In this document: positions 12,143 to 23,258 of the stretch, piece after piece
Layout of the letters: each line of letters begins with the position of its first letter
Numbering within the stretch: position 1 is the stretch's first letter
NCBI GenBank assembly: GCA_965240325.2
Contig: OZ251235.1
Coordinates: 1,364,001 to 1,428,000 of the forward strand
DNA: 64,000 nucleotides
Source of the DNA: Rebecca billardiae RCC1528
Lineage: Eukaryota; Protista; Haptophyta
Reading direction: 5' to 3'
Program-made: the position numbers and the translations under genes
Notes under the pieces: model-generated
What the model was told of the DNA's origin: nothing
The model's input: the letters and a program-made list of their open reading frames with translations, nothing else
The model's database searches: none

Positions 12143-13645
12143 TCACTCGTTCCCGAGGCTGATGCGCGTGTGCATGATCGCAGCCCCAGCTGAGCTCCGC
12201 CCGCCCTGCTCGAACGCCAGCCCCACCTCGGGCCACGGGTGCACGCCGTACGGCTGCCAGACCACCATGTCCGACGAGCCTGCTGAGCGCGCGCCCGCCG
12301 CAGGGCGCGCGATCAGTTGCCAGTGCTCGCCGCCGTCCGCCGAGGCGTACAGGGCGAGGTCCCTGCGCTCGTGCGGGTCGTGCGGGCCGCTCGCGTACAG
12401 CCACTCGCCGTTCGAGATGAGCGCACCCTGGCAGCCCGGGTCGACCACCGTGCAGTTGGGCGGGCTGTCGGCTGAGCCTGCCTGCGGCAGGAGCACCCAG
12501 CTGCCGCCTGCGTCCGCGCTGGCGGCGAAGTGGCGGCAGGCCCCGTCGCGGCGGTGTCGCACGCGGAAGCTCGCGACGAGCGCCCCGCTCGGCAGCTCCG
12601 CCATCGAGACCTCGCCCGAGCCGAGGTGCGGCACGTCCTCGCCCGCGTGCCACGTCGCGCCGTGGTCGTCCGAATAGAGCGCGGCTGCGTGATTCGATCT
12701 CGCCTCGTACGCGTTGAGCCCCGCGCGCGCGGGCGCGTCGGCGCCGGGCTCGAGCGCGACGCGCTCGTCGATCACCTGCCCCTCGACGTGCTCGCGCATC
12801 CGCGCGTCGTGGGACAGCCCGACGTGCCGCGCGTGCGGGTTCTCCACCTCGTACCGCGTCACGGCCGTCGGCTCGGAGCGCGGGTCGTCCGGGTCGGTCG
12901 GACGGTAGGTGGTCGTCGCCACGACCGTGGCCTCGCGGAGCATGTGGTTGAAAGGCACGACGAGCCGGCCGGCGCGCAGGCCGTGGCGCAGCTCGAGGCC
13001 GTGCCCGGGCCCGGGCACGAGCGTGCCCCAGCCCGGCACCTTCACCCCCTCGATCTCGCTCGGTGGCGACCAGCGCACGCCGTCCGCTGAGCGCGTCAAG
13101 AAGACTTTGGTCTGATTCACGCTGAAGACGAGGAGCACGTCTGCCGTGGCCGAGCAGCTGATCGGCACCGGGTTGCCGTACTCGGTGCCGTGGCGCGAGG
13201 CGCGCCCGAGGCTGGCGATGCCCACCCGGTTCCCCACGATCACGTCCAGCTCCTCGGACCACGACTCGCCGCGGTCGCTCGAGCGCTTCAGGACAATGTC
13301 CGACTCCGCGTGTCGCTCCCACGAGTCGGAGGCCACGGCGAAGGCGAGCGTGAGGCCCGCGTGCTCGACAAGCGCGGGCACGCGATAGTTGGTGTACGCG
13401 AGATCGTCGTCCGGATCGAAGATCGGGGCGGTCTTCTGGACTGTCGCCGGCCGCACCGTCGGCACGTCGACGCGCGCACGAGTGCGCAGATACGATGTGA
13501 GCGGGTGCGAGTCGTCTCGGCGGAAGCGGTGGCGCTGGGGCGGGCTGTCGGTGCCGGGTGACAGCACCGCGCTCAGACACCACAGTGCGAGCCCCGCCCC
13601 CAGCATGCCCGCCCCCGCGCGCCCCAGACTCGACCGTGCCTCCAT
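12143..13645 (-). CDS. Secreted or membrane-anchored GH33 sialidase-like beta-propeller (500 aa), probably lacking the Tyr nucleophile
   Basis: YRVP (RIP) motif; five Asp-boxes (SSDRGESW, SADGVRW, SDDHGATW, SADAGGSW, SADGGEHW); GPGHG; hydrophobic N-terminal segment. Confidence 0.88.
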   Translation of the reverse strand: MEARSSLGRAGAGMLGAGLALWCLSAVLSPGTDSPPQRHRFRRDDSHPLTSYLRTRARVDVPTVRPATVQKTAPIFDPDDDLAYTNYRVPALVEHAGLTLAFAVASDSWERHAESDIVLKRSSDRGESWSEELDVIVGNRVGIASLGRASRHGTEYGNPVPISCSATADVLLVFSVNQTKVFLTRSADGVRWSPPSEIEGVKVPGWGTLVPGPGHGLELRHGLRAGRLVVPFNHMLREATVVATTTYRPTDPDDPRSEPTAVTRYEVENPHARHVGLSHDARMREHVEGQVIDERVALEPGADAPARAGLNAYEARSNHAAALYSDDHGATWHAGEDVPHLGSGEVSMAELPSGALVASFRVRHRRDGACRHFAASADAGGSWVLLPQAGSADSPPNCTVVDPGCQGALISNGEWLYASGPHDPHERRDLALYASADGGEHWQLIARPAAGARSAGSSDMVVWQPYGVHPWPEVGLAFEQGGRSSAGAAIMHTRISLGNE

Positions 13646-13928
13646 CGTAAAAGCGGCGGATTTCTTTGGCGCAGCCGCTGCTTGCTCAGCAGGGGGAGGC
13701 TCTCGATCGGTTGCTGCTCAACCCTTGAGAGCTGCTCACCACTGGTTTGCTTGCTGATGCTTCAAACTTGCCCGCAAAGCAAGCCGATTCGGGATCGATC
13801 TTTTGCCATCGCGTATGAAGTTTCGTCCTTCGGAATGATAAATCGATCCCGCCTTGCGTTCATCCGCCGACGCGAGGCGCCGCGAAGCTGCGCCACTCGC
13901 GCGCGTCATCGTCGGGCGAGCAGCGCGG

Positions 13929-16900
13929 ATGTCCGTCCATCGGCGCGGGGAGACGGGCTGGGCGTCGTCTGATGGCACGTGTGCGGTCGTTGGCACGACC
14001 TTCCTCCTCGTCGGCCTCAGCGCCGCGTGCGCGTACGTGCTCACAGGCGCTTCCATCCCGGGCCGGATCGACGCGGGCGCTCAGCCAGACATGGACGGGT
14101 GCGCGGCTGGCGCGATCGTGCAGCCGCCCGCGGACGACCGTGCGTACCGCTACCTCGAGCTGCCGAACGGCATGCAGGCCGTCGTCGTGCACGACCCCGA
14201 CGGCGACATGGCCGCCGCGTCCATCGACGTGCACACCGGCTCGCTCAGCAACCCGCCCGAGCTGCCCGGCCTCGCGCACTTCCTCGAGCACATGCTCTTC
14301 ACGGGGAACGAGAAGTACGCGGGGAACAGCGACTACTTCAAGTTCATCACGACGCACGGTGGCATGGCCAACGCCGCGACCGACCTCGAGGTGACCAACT
14401 TCCACCTCAAGATCCCGCCGGCGCAGATTGAAGCCGCGCTCGACCGGCTCTTCCAGTTCTTCGTGTCGCCGACGCTGAAGCAGGACATGACGTCGCGCGA
14501 GATGCACGCGGTGAGCTCGGAGCACGCGAAGAACGTGCTCCAGGACGACTGGCGCTTCCTGCGCCTGCAGCGCATCACCACGGGCAACCCGAACTGCCCG
14601 CTGCGCCACTTCATGACCGGCAACCTCGACACGCTTGCCAACGCGACGAGCGAGGACCTGCGGCGGTTCTGGACGCGGGAGTACACGCCGAACCGCTTCG
14701 CGATCGCGGTGGTCAGCCCGCACCCGCTCGACGTGCTCGAGCGCTGGGTGCGCGAGCTCGGCGCGGCGATCCCCGCGCGCGCGCCCGAGCCGTACGCGGA
14801 GTTTGGAGACGCGCCGGGCCCCGTGCCGCCCGAGCCGAGCGCCGGGCTGGAGGCGGGCGGCGTGGACGCGCACGGCGTGGCGGTGGGCGGGCGGCTGATC
14901 GAGTACGTCCCCGTCGCCGACTTTGACGTGCTCCACCTCATGTGGTACCTGCCGCCGTACGAGCGCGCGGGCGGCGGGCCGGAGCAGGAGTACTCGAAAA
15001 AGTCGTTTTCGTATATTACGCGGCTGCTCGGCGACGAGGGCCCGGGCTCGGTGGTCTCGCTGCTGCGCACGCAGCGCGGCTGGATCAGCTCGCTCACCGT
15101 CTACGCCGCGCACCCCGCCTCCTTCTTCTCGCGCGTCGACGTCGCCATCCTGCTCACGGAGGCCGGTCTCTCGCACGTCGACGAGGTCGTGCAGGCGGTG
15201 TTTGCGTACCTCGAGCTGCTGCGCGGCTCCGAGCCGGAGCGGCGGCGGTGGGAGGAGAGCAAGCGGCTGTCGGACATCTCGTGGCGGTTCGCGGACAAGC
15301 CCGCCGCGCTCGGCCTCGCCCACTCGCTCTCGTCCACCCTCGGCGAGCGCGTCGTGCCCGTGTGCGACGCGCTGCGCGCGCCGTACGTCCACCGGACTTT
15401 TGATCCGGACCAGATCCGGGCGGTGCTCGCCCGCCTCACGCCGGACACGCTGCTGATGTACGTCGGCTCGAAGCGGTTCGGCGAGGAGGCGGCGGCGGAC
15501 GAGGAGCCGCCGCCGCCGCCCGAGCTGCAGCCGCCGCCGATGCAGACCGAGCGCTACTACGGCGTGCGCTACCGCGTGCGTGCGCTCACCGCAGAGCAGC
15601 GCGAGCTGTGGACGGCGGGCGCGCGCGAGCCGAGCCTGCGCGCGCAGCTGGCGCTGCCGCCGCGCAACCGGTTCATCCCGACGGAGTTCGCGCTGGTGGG
15701 CGCGCCGTCCGCCGGCGGCGCGCGCGACCGGTGCGAGCGCGTCGCGCCCACGCCGCGGCTGCTCGGCGGCTCGGCGGGCGCGCGGCTGTGGTCGCACGTC
15801 GACCGCACGTTTGAACAGCCCAAGGCCTCGGTCATCTGTACCATCTCGGCGCCCGCGATCTCGGCGGACGCGGAGCGGCTGTGGACGACGCAGCTGCTGA
15901 TGGAGCTGACGAGCGACACGCTCAACGAGGAGACCTACCCCGCCACGATGGCCGGGCTCGCCGCCGGCGCGTCCGCGGACATCGAGGGCCTGCAGCTGAG
16001 CGTCGGAGGGTACTCGGGGAAAGTGCTCGACCTGCTGGCGCTCGCCGCGCGCACGCTCAGCGCGGGCGACTCGCTGTCCGAGGCGCGGTTCGGGCCGATC
16101 AAGGCGCTGATGCTGAGCGACCTGCGCGCCGCGCAGTACGCCGGCGCGCTCGACACCGCGCTCAACAAGCTCAAGCTCATCCTGCGCACGCAGACCGCGT
16201 CATACGACCGACTAGGCGGCGTGCCGGTGGTGGAGGCGGCGACGCTCGACGGAGTGAAGGCGCACGCGCGCTCGCTGTTCGCGGAGGGGGCGTTCTCGGA
16301 GTGCCTGGTGAACGGCAACCTGCGCGAGGAGGACGCGCGCGAGGCGGAGCGCACGCTGCGCGCCGCGATGGGCGACCCGCCCCCGCTCGCCGCCCCCGCG
16401 CTCGCCGCCCTCCGGCAGCGCGTCTACTCCGTGCCGGTCGGCTGGACAGTGCACGCCTCGGCCGCGCTCGATCCTGACGAGACCAACTCCGTCGCGGTGC
16501 TGTACTACGAGGTGCGCGCCGCGCGCGCGCGGCGCGGGGCGGGGCGGGGCGGAAGGCGGGCTGGCGGGCGCGCAGGCGGGCAGGCGGACACGCGCGCCCC
16601 GTCTCGCAGCGAGCGCGACCGTCGCGTGGCGCAACGGCGCCGCGCACGCGCGCGCGCGTGTGCGCGCGCTCACGCGCACGCGCGTGCGCCGCCGCCCGGC
16701 CCCGCTCGGCCCCGCCGCGCCGCGCCTCGCAGGTCGGGCCGACGGAGCTCGATCTCAAGGTGGAGGCGACGCTCGAGCTGCTCGTGCTCATGTCGCAGGA
16801 GGCCATGTTCTCCTCGCTGCGCACCGACGAGCAGCTCGGGTACACGGTCGGCATGAACACGTACCGCGCGTGGTCGGCGCAGGCCGTGGTCATGTATGCG

Positions 16901-17557
16901 CGGTCGACGGTCGTCGCGTCCGACTATCTCGATGAGCGGATCGAGGCGTTCGTGCGCGCGCACGCGGAGGAGCTGCGCGCGATGAGCGCGGAGGAGTTCG
17001 GCGTGGTCAAGCGCGCGCTGCAGGACAACCTCAGGGTGCACGACTCCAACCTCGGCGAGCAGACCGAGCGGATGTGGTCCGAGATTGAAATGCACGACTG
17101 TCGATTCGGCCGCACGCTCGAGCTACGGCGCGCGGTGCGCGAGCTCACGCTCGACGACGTGATGGAGCTGTACGAGCGCGTGCTGCTCGACCCGGCGTCG
17201 CGGCGCAAGATGAGTGTCTGGGTGCGCGCGCCCGGCGAGGGCACGCGCCCCGCGCCGCGGCGCAAGGCGGGCACGGAGCCGCTCGAAGGCGCCGACGTGC
17301 TCGACGATGCCGGGCTGGACGCGTGGCGCGCGGCGCGCGAGCTGCTGCCAGCGCCCACGGCGTGCAACGACCCGCCGCCGCCGCCGCCGTGCGAGGACGA
17401 CGAGGGGGCGGGGGCGGACGATGGGGCGGCTGCGCCATCGGACGAGGCGGGACGGAACGCAACGCTGCTCCCGGACGGCTCGTCGTCCGGTGACGACGCC
17501 GAATCATCGTTGACAACACCGCCGCCGCCTTCGGCAGCGCCGGCGCCAGCGGCATGA
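13929..17557 (+). CDS. M16A metallopeptidase (insulysin/pitrilysin-like) with N-terminal TM segment; exons 13929-16511 and 16733-17557 (~1135 aa)
   Basis: LPNGMQAVVVHD, PGLAHFLEHMLFTGNEKY (HxxEH), VSSEHAKN, LLGDEGPGS, LPPRNRFIP, LRTDEQLGYTV; phase-0 GTGCGC...GCAG intron 16512-16732. Confidence 0.93.
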
Positions 17558-17851
17558 TAGATCAAGACTCAAGAGTGCGCGCCGCCATCAACGGTACGTG
17601 CGTCCGCAAAGCTGACAGTAGCCTGGACGAGTCGCACTGTGGTCCTTGCCCGCGTCTTGGTAGTAAGGATATGATGACGACACGTGACATCGTCAATGCG
17701 ATTGCAGATAATAATTTATTATATATATATGCGGGATGATGGGCCGGGCGGTTTCGAGCGCGCGCGCGGCACGCGCCACGCGGGCCTGACGAGTGACGGC
17801 ACAGTCCGGAGGCCGGACCACCCGCCGCCGCGACTCAGTAGTAGACAGTAG

Positions 17852-19417
17852 TCAGTTGGCCGATGCGCGTCGCTTGCTGAAAGAGGACACCTTCGCGGAC
17901 GCGCGGGCGCCCACGCCCACCGCCTTCTTGCCGCGCTCCGCCGGCGGCGCCGAGCCCTCCCCGGCGCCGCCGTCCGGCGCCGGCAGCTCGTACAGAAAGT
18001 CGTGCGCGCGGCACACGTAGAGCGGGCGGCAGACCGGGTGGAAGGGCTCCACTGAGAACTCGGCGGTGAGGTGGCGGTACAGGTCGGTGGCGAAGGTCTG
18101 GCAGTTGCGCGACTCCTCGACGTACTGCCCGTTCCGCCGCACGTAGTTGAGCAGGAAGCGGAACACGTCCGCCTGCGTCCGGTGGCTGAGCAGCACGGGC
18201 GCCGAGTGCACGATGGCCGGTTCCAGGAAACGTCCGGAGCGGCCGGTGTGCTTCTGCATCCACTCGCGGAATTCGTCCTTGGAGCGCGCGGGCACGTCGA
18301 GCACGCGGATCTCGGCGCGCTTGGAGACCCACGGCGCCTTCATGCACCCGGGCAGCGCGTCGTACAGCGCGGGCCGCCGCGCGTCCCGGTCCTCCACGAA
18401 GTTCGACTTGCCGCCGTAGCCGCCGAGCCCGTTGAGCCACGCGAGCTCGACGACCGAGCAGTGCCGGCCGTGCGACCACTCGACGAGCACGGCGGAGTGG
18501 TAGGTGAGGCGGTCCTTGGCCGACTCGCGCGCCTTGGCGTACCGGTGGCCGAAGAGGTGCGCCCGCGTCGCGAGCGCGCGCGCGCCCTCCGCCCCGTCCA
18601 GTGCCCGCAGCATGTGCTCGCCGTGGTGCACGCGCGGGCCGCCGGCCGCCAGCAGGTCGAACCAAAACGCATATCCGGGCGCGCCCTCCGAGTAGCCGAG
18701 CGCCGACCAGGAGGGCGCGCGCAGCGTGACGCGCACGCTGAACTTGCGCAGGATCTTCGCGGTGAACTCCGCGATCTCCTCGTCCGTCGTCGGCACGCTC
18801 CCGCCGCCGGTCGACGCGTCGAAGTACCGGCGGATCCGGCGGAAGCCGAGCTTGTCGCGCACGCGGAACGTGATCGATCGGAGCTCGAGGTCGGTGAGCG
18901 CGGGCCAGCCGTTGAGCACGCCGCCGAAGACGTACCGGCCCGTCTTCGTGCGCACGAGCGCGCGGAAGAAGCTCGAGGCGCGCGCCTGCGGCAGCGGGCG
19001 GCGCGGCTTGAGCTCGCCGTCGGGCGTCGTGTGCTTCGGGTGTGCAAACTCGTCAGCCACGAGCTGCGCGTGCCAGATGAGGCCCGCCTCGGAGGAGGGG
19101 ACGCGCTCGGCCGCGTCGGCCGGGATCGGTGCGTACACGGACGCGTTGCTCGCGCGCTTCGCCTGCTCCGTCAGAGGCTTCACGTTGGTGATCGACTCGC
19201 GCGGCGCGTCGACGTCGACCGCCGGCACCGGCGCTGGCTTCTCGATGATGGGTGCTTGCATCAGGACGGCGGCGGGCACGTCCTCATCCGACGCGACGGT
19301 GGACGGGTCCTCATCGTCGGACGGGACGAACGCGTACTCTTCCACCACGCCCGGCCCGACGTACGGAAGCTCGAGCGTGCTCCGCGACGGCACAATCCCT
19401 TCCGCCGCCGCCGCCAT
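17852..19417 (-). CDS. Uncharacterised 521-aa protein with a C-terminal permuted papain-like (PPPDE/LRAT-type) motif set
   Basis: Good ATG context and host-like codon use; LTYHSAVLVEW...YVEESRNCQTFATDLY resembles the H...NCxxF catalytic arrangement. Confidence 0.7.
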   Translation of the reverse strand: MAAAAEGIVPSRSTLELPYVGPGVVEEYAFVPSDDEDPSTVASDEDVPAAVLMQAPIIEKPAPVPAVDVDAPRESITNVKPLTEQAKRASNASVYAPIPADAAERVPSSEAGLIWHAQLVADEFAHPKHTTPDGELKPRRPLPQARASSFFRALVRTKTGRYVFGGVLNGWPALTDLELRSITFRVRDKLGFRRIRRYFDASTGGGSVPTTDEEIAEFTAKILRKFSVRVTLRAPSWSALGYSEGAPGYAFWFDLLAAGGPRVHHGEHMLRALDGAEGARALATRAHLFGHRYAKARESAKDRLTYHSAVLVEWSHGRHCSVVELAWLNGLGGYGGKSNFVEDRDARRPALYDALPGCMKAPWVSKRAEIRVLDVPARSKDEFREWMQKHTGRSGRFLEPAIVHSAPVLLSHRTQADVFRFLLNYVRRNGQYVEESRNCQTFATDLYRHLTAEFSVEPFHPVCRPLYVCRAHDFLYELPAPDGGAGEGSAPPAERGKKAVGVGARASAKVSSFSKRRASAN

Positions 19418-19543
19418 GGTGTAAACTTCCCGCGAGGCGGGGTGTGTTCCGTTCGGCGGGCGGGCCCGCCTTCGCCACCCGTTCCAGAAAGGCGATTAGT
19501 TCGGACACGGTGCCTCCGGGCTTCTGAGACAAACGCGTGAAGC

Positions 19544-19584
19544 GCACTGCTTAGGAGGGGGGGGGGGGGGCTCCTAAGCAGTGC
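19544..19584. other. Perfect 14-bp inverted repeat around a G13 loop
   Basis: gcactgcttaggag-(G)13-ctcctaagcagtgc. Confidence 0.9.
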
Positions 19585-20392
19585 CTGGAGTCCGGGCGCG
19601 GCCGCCGCTGCCGCGGGCGCTGCGAGGTTTGAGTCCGGGTCGCCCTTCCCACGTCGCGCCGCCGCGCGAGAACGCGACGTAGGCCGCGAGGACGTCCCCC
19701 GCGCGCGCGGCGCGTGGTGCGCCGAGCCAGAGCACGTGTACTGCCGCCCTCTGCCGCGGCTCGTCACCTCATCTCACCCGCGTTGCTCAGCGCGGGCGCC
19801 GTGCGACGCCGGCGACGTGACTCAGCTTGCACACGCCGGATGAGAAGCTGCACCCAGAGGCCGAGCTGCGCTCTAGCCCCTGGTGCGCCCGGTGGGCAGC
19901 GTGCACATGGATGTTATGCGTCTTCCCCGCGCTCAGTGGTCTGTCTCGAGGCGTCTCTAGAGTGAGTTGTTGGCTCTGCTACACGACTGCGTTTGAATTG
20001 CGCGTGTCGACGCACTCTGTCATGCCCGTGCGTGGGCAGTGTACGTCCTCAGGTTGCGGGCGCACGCGCGCGCCTGGTCGCAGTAATCATAGGCCTACCC
20101 GACACCAACGATTTTGGGTCCTGCACGGTCATCAGGTGGGCGCAGTGCACGTGCGTGCGCGGTGCGAGTTGCATCCAAGCCGCGACGCCTTTGCGCGCGC
20201 TGCTCGCGTTGGCGGAGAGAGGCGAGGAGCGACCGCCGACGCGTACCTGGGGACTACGTATGACCTTGGTCGACTACCAGCCTCGTCGCGTCCGCGCGCA
20301 CGGGCCGTATTCGTCCGCACCGACGCTCGCGAGGTACGCTAGCAGCGGCACCGGGGGCACGGTGCCGCCTTTCACGGGTTTGAGTCACAAGC

Positions 20393-20436
20393 TCCGGGAG
20401 GGGTTTAGGTGCCACGGCACCTAAACCCCTCCCGGA
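20393..20436. other. Perfect 21-bp inverted repeat, 2-nt loop
   Basis: tccgggaggggtttaggtgcc-ac-ggcacctaaacccctcccgga. Confidence 0.92.
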
Positions 20437-20544
20437 CCACAGTGGGCGCCCGCGGGGCCGCGGCCGTTGAGGAGGGGCGGGGGCGGGCGGGCGACGTCGA
20501 CGTCGCGGCGGTCCACGCGCTCTGCTGTCGAGGAGTTGCTGTTT

Positions 20545-21532
20545 GCGCCGCGCGCCGGGCTGGCGGGGTGGCCTGGACCCATGCGCGCCTTCGACCCCCG
20601 GCGACCGCGCGCGCATCGGCTTCCTCCGCCTGCGAGTCGCCCGCGACCGCGCCCGCCGCCCGCTGGGAGTGGGTTGACCGCGCCCGAGCCTGCTCGCCGC
20701 CGAGCACAGGGATGAGTTGAGCGCGGCGCGAGGCGGCGATCGTGGTCGGGCGATCGCATGCGCCCACATGGGCCCCATCTGCCACGGCGCGACCGCTTCA
20801 GCATGCGTATGTGACCCCACTTGTCATGGTTGTCTCATGTCGGGTAGCAGGTGAGCACTGTCAGCCAGCGTGTCCGCGCGCGCCGCACCTGAGCAGGGCC
20901 AGACGGGTCGGAAACACGGCACAGTTGGCATCAGGGCATGCCGATTGCCGTGTATTGCCCTGCGTGGGCCACCAAGGGCATGCCCTTCACTGCACTGCCA
21001 GCTCGCAACGTGCGTCAATGCTGACGGCAACTCTGGTCGAGAAGAACTTGCTTGAGTTCTCGTCGCGAACACGGCATCAGCAGACGCCACATGACTACAG
21101 ATGCGGACCACTCGTGCCACCCAGTATGCGTAGTGCAGACATCACGAGACGCCACGGAGCGGCATCCGACCCGCAGAGCCCTGCGCGCGCGCGCGCGCGC
21201 GGACACGCTGGCTGACAGTGCTCACCTGCTACCCGACATGAGACAACCATGACAAGTGGGGTCACATACGCATGCTGAAGCGGTCGCGCCGTGGCAGATG
21301 GGGCCAATATGGGCGCATGCGATCGCCCGACCACGATCGCCGCCTCGCGCCGCGCTCAACTCATCCCTGCGCTCGGCGGCGAGCAGGCTCGGGCGCGGTC
21401 AACCCACTCCCAGCGGGCGGCGGGCGCGGTCGCGGGCGACTCGCAGGCGGAGGAAGCCGATGCGCGCGCGGTCGCCGGGGGTTCGAAGGCGCGCATGGGT
21501 CCAGGCCACCCCGCCAGCCCGGCGCGCGGCGC
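20545..21532. repeat. Long foldback: ~340-bp inverted arms (20545-20883 and ~21193-21532) around a ~310-bp spacer
   Basis: Arms are reverse complements with only a few substitutions and one indel; mirrored ORF translations on opposite strands. Confidence 0.93.
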
Positions 21533-21783
21533 CCAAGTCACGTTTCTCTCGGGCCGCACGTCGGCCACGCGCCACTTGATCGCCATCCTGCCGCCAGTCC
21601 GCCGCCACCAGCCGCTGTGCGGGGCGCCTGGCGGCGGAACAACACCCCGTGGAACGGGTGGCAGAAGTCCGGTGCTTCTCCAGCCGCCCGGCTAGGGTGT
21701 AGATCTGTCGCCCTTGGCAGTCGACGGCCATCACCTTGTCGTCGGCTGTCGCACGGCCGGCCAGCCGACGGACTCGTCCCGAC

Positions 21784-22962
21784 ATGGAACCGAGCGATGC
21801 CAAGCTCGAGCCACTCGTCGAGAGGTTGGGGGTGGGCACCGTCAGCAACCTGCTGGAGGAGGAGTTCATCGCGTTGCGGGATGAGCAGTTCAAGGGGGGC
21901 GCGGTGTGGTCGGCCGTGCTCGAGCTGCTGCGCACGTCGGAGCACCTCGAGATGCTCGACCTGAGCCACGCCGACGTCTCGGACGAGGGCTTGAAGGAGC
22001 TGGCGGATGTGCTCGAGAAGGGCTCGTGCCGGCTCGAGATTCTTCTCCTCTCCGGCCCCCAGGTGGGGGACAGGGGCGCGGAGCACCTCGCGGGCGCGAT
22101 CAAGGCGGGCAATGCGCGCCTGAGGCTGCTCGGCCTGCGCGAGACCCGGGTGGGCGACAAGGGCGCGGAGCACCTCGCTGCTGCCATCAGGGAGGGCAAC
22201 ACGCGCCTCACCGAGCTGGGCCTGATCAATACCCGGGTGGGCGACCGCGGCGCGGAGCACCTCGCCGCCGCCGTCAGCGAGGGCCACATGCGCCACGGTC
22301 TGCTGAACCTCGGCGGCACGCAGGTGAGTGACCGCGGCGTGGAGCACCTTGTCGCCGCCATCAACGGGGGCCGCACGCGCCTGCGCACGCTTCAGATCTA
22401 CGAGTGCGAGGGCGTGACCGACGAGGGCGCCGAGCGCCTGGCGCTGGCCGTGGCCTCCAACCCCAACCTCAGCCTGGAGCGGATGATGCTGCAGGGGACC
22501 AGCGCGAGCCTGGAGTGGCAGCGCGCCCCGCAGGCTGTGCTCGACGCCATGGCCGGCGCGCGCCGCTTGCTCTCGGAGGGCGGCGGCGACCACGCGGCGG
22601 TAGAGCAGCAGCAGCTGCAGCAGGCGGCGAAGCCATTCGTCGAGCACGTCCAGCACATGCCGCGGGCGGTGGCGCTCGCGCTCGCGCTCGCGTTGGCTCG
22701 CATGCCGACGAAGGCGGAGACAGAGGACGATCGCCAGCTGCTCGCGCGCCTTGTGGTCGAGGTGGCCATCGGTGTGCTGGACGCGGCCAGGCAGCTGCGC
22801 ATGTCCGACCTGGAGGCGGCCGAGGCCCTGTTGCACTTTGCGCGCCCGCTGCAGCACGCGCTCGCGGGCCGGATCGGCGCAGACGACTGGGAGAAGCTGA
22901 TCGAGCTGCACGAGCAGGCCACGGGCAGGCGCTCGAGCGCGTTGCAGTGCACGGTCAGCTGA
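21784..22962 (+). CDS. Ribonuclease-inhibitor-type LRR protein with a helical C-terminal region
   Basis: 29-aa units LxxLxLxxTxVGDxGAEHLAAAIxxGNxR; ATG 21784 lies in the 408-aa ORF. Confidence 0.88.
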   Translation: MEPSDAKLEPLVERLGVGTVSNLLEEEFIALRDEQFKGGAVWSAVLELLRTSEHLEMLDLSHADVSDEGLKELADVLEKGSCRLEILLLSGPQVGDRGAEHLAGAIKAGNARLRLLGLRETRVGDKGAEHLAAAIREGNTRLTELGLINTRVGDRGAEHLAAAVSEGHMRHGLLNLGGTQVSDRGVEHLVAAINGGRTRLRTLQIYECEGVTDEGAERLALAVASNPNLSLERMMLQGTSASLEWQRAPQAVLDAMAGARRLLSEGGGDHAAVEQQQLQQAAKPFVEHVQHMPRAVALALALALARMPTKAETEDDRQLLARLVVEVAIGVLDAARQLRMSDLEAAEALLHFARPLQHALAGRIGADDWEKLIELHEQATGRRSSALQCTVS

Positions 22963-23258
22963 CCGTAGTAACACTCAGGGGCGCCCGTCGTTCTGCCCGC
23001 GCGCGGACCTGTACGGTCCGACGAAGTCGTGACTTGCGCAGCTAGACGACAGAGTATGACGTCTGCAGAGCCGCAACTGACCTAGAGTGAACTGAATAAA
23101 TTTATAAAATATTATACTGGCTCCGACGCAGCCCTACTCCGTGGACCAATCCTGGGGCGCCTGCCGCTATACATGCGATGCATTCGGGCGGCGAACGACG
23201 ACGACGCACTGCGCGCGCGGGGGGACTGCTAGGGCCACCCGGACAATGTCACACCGTG

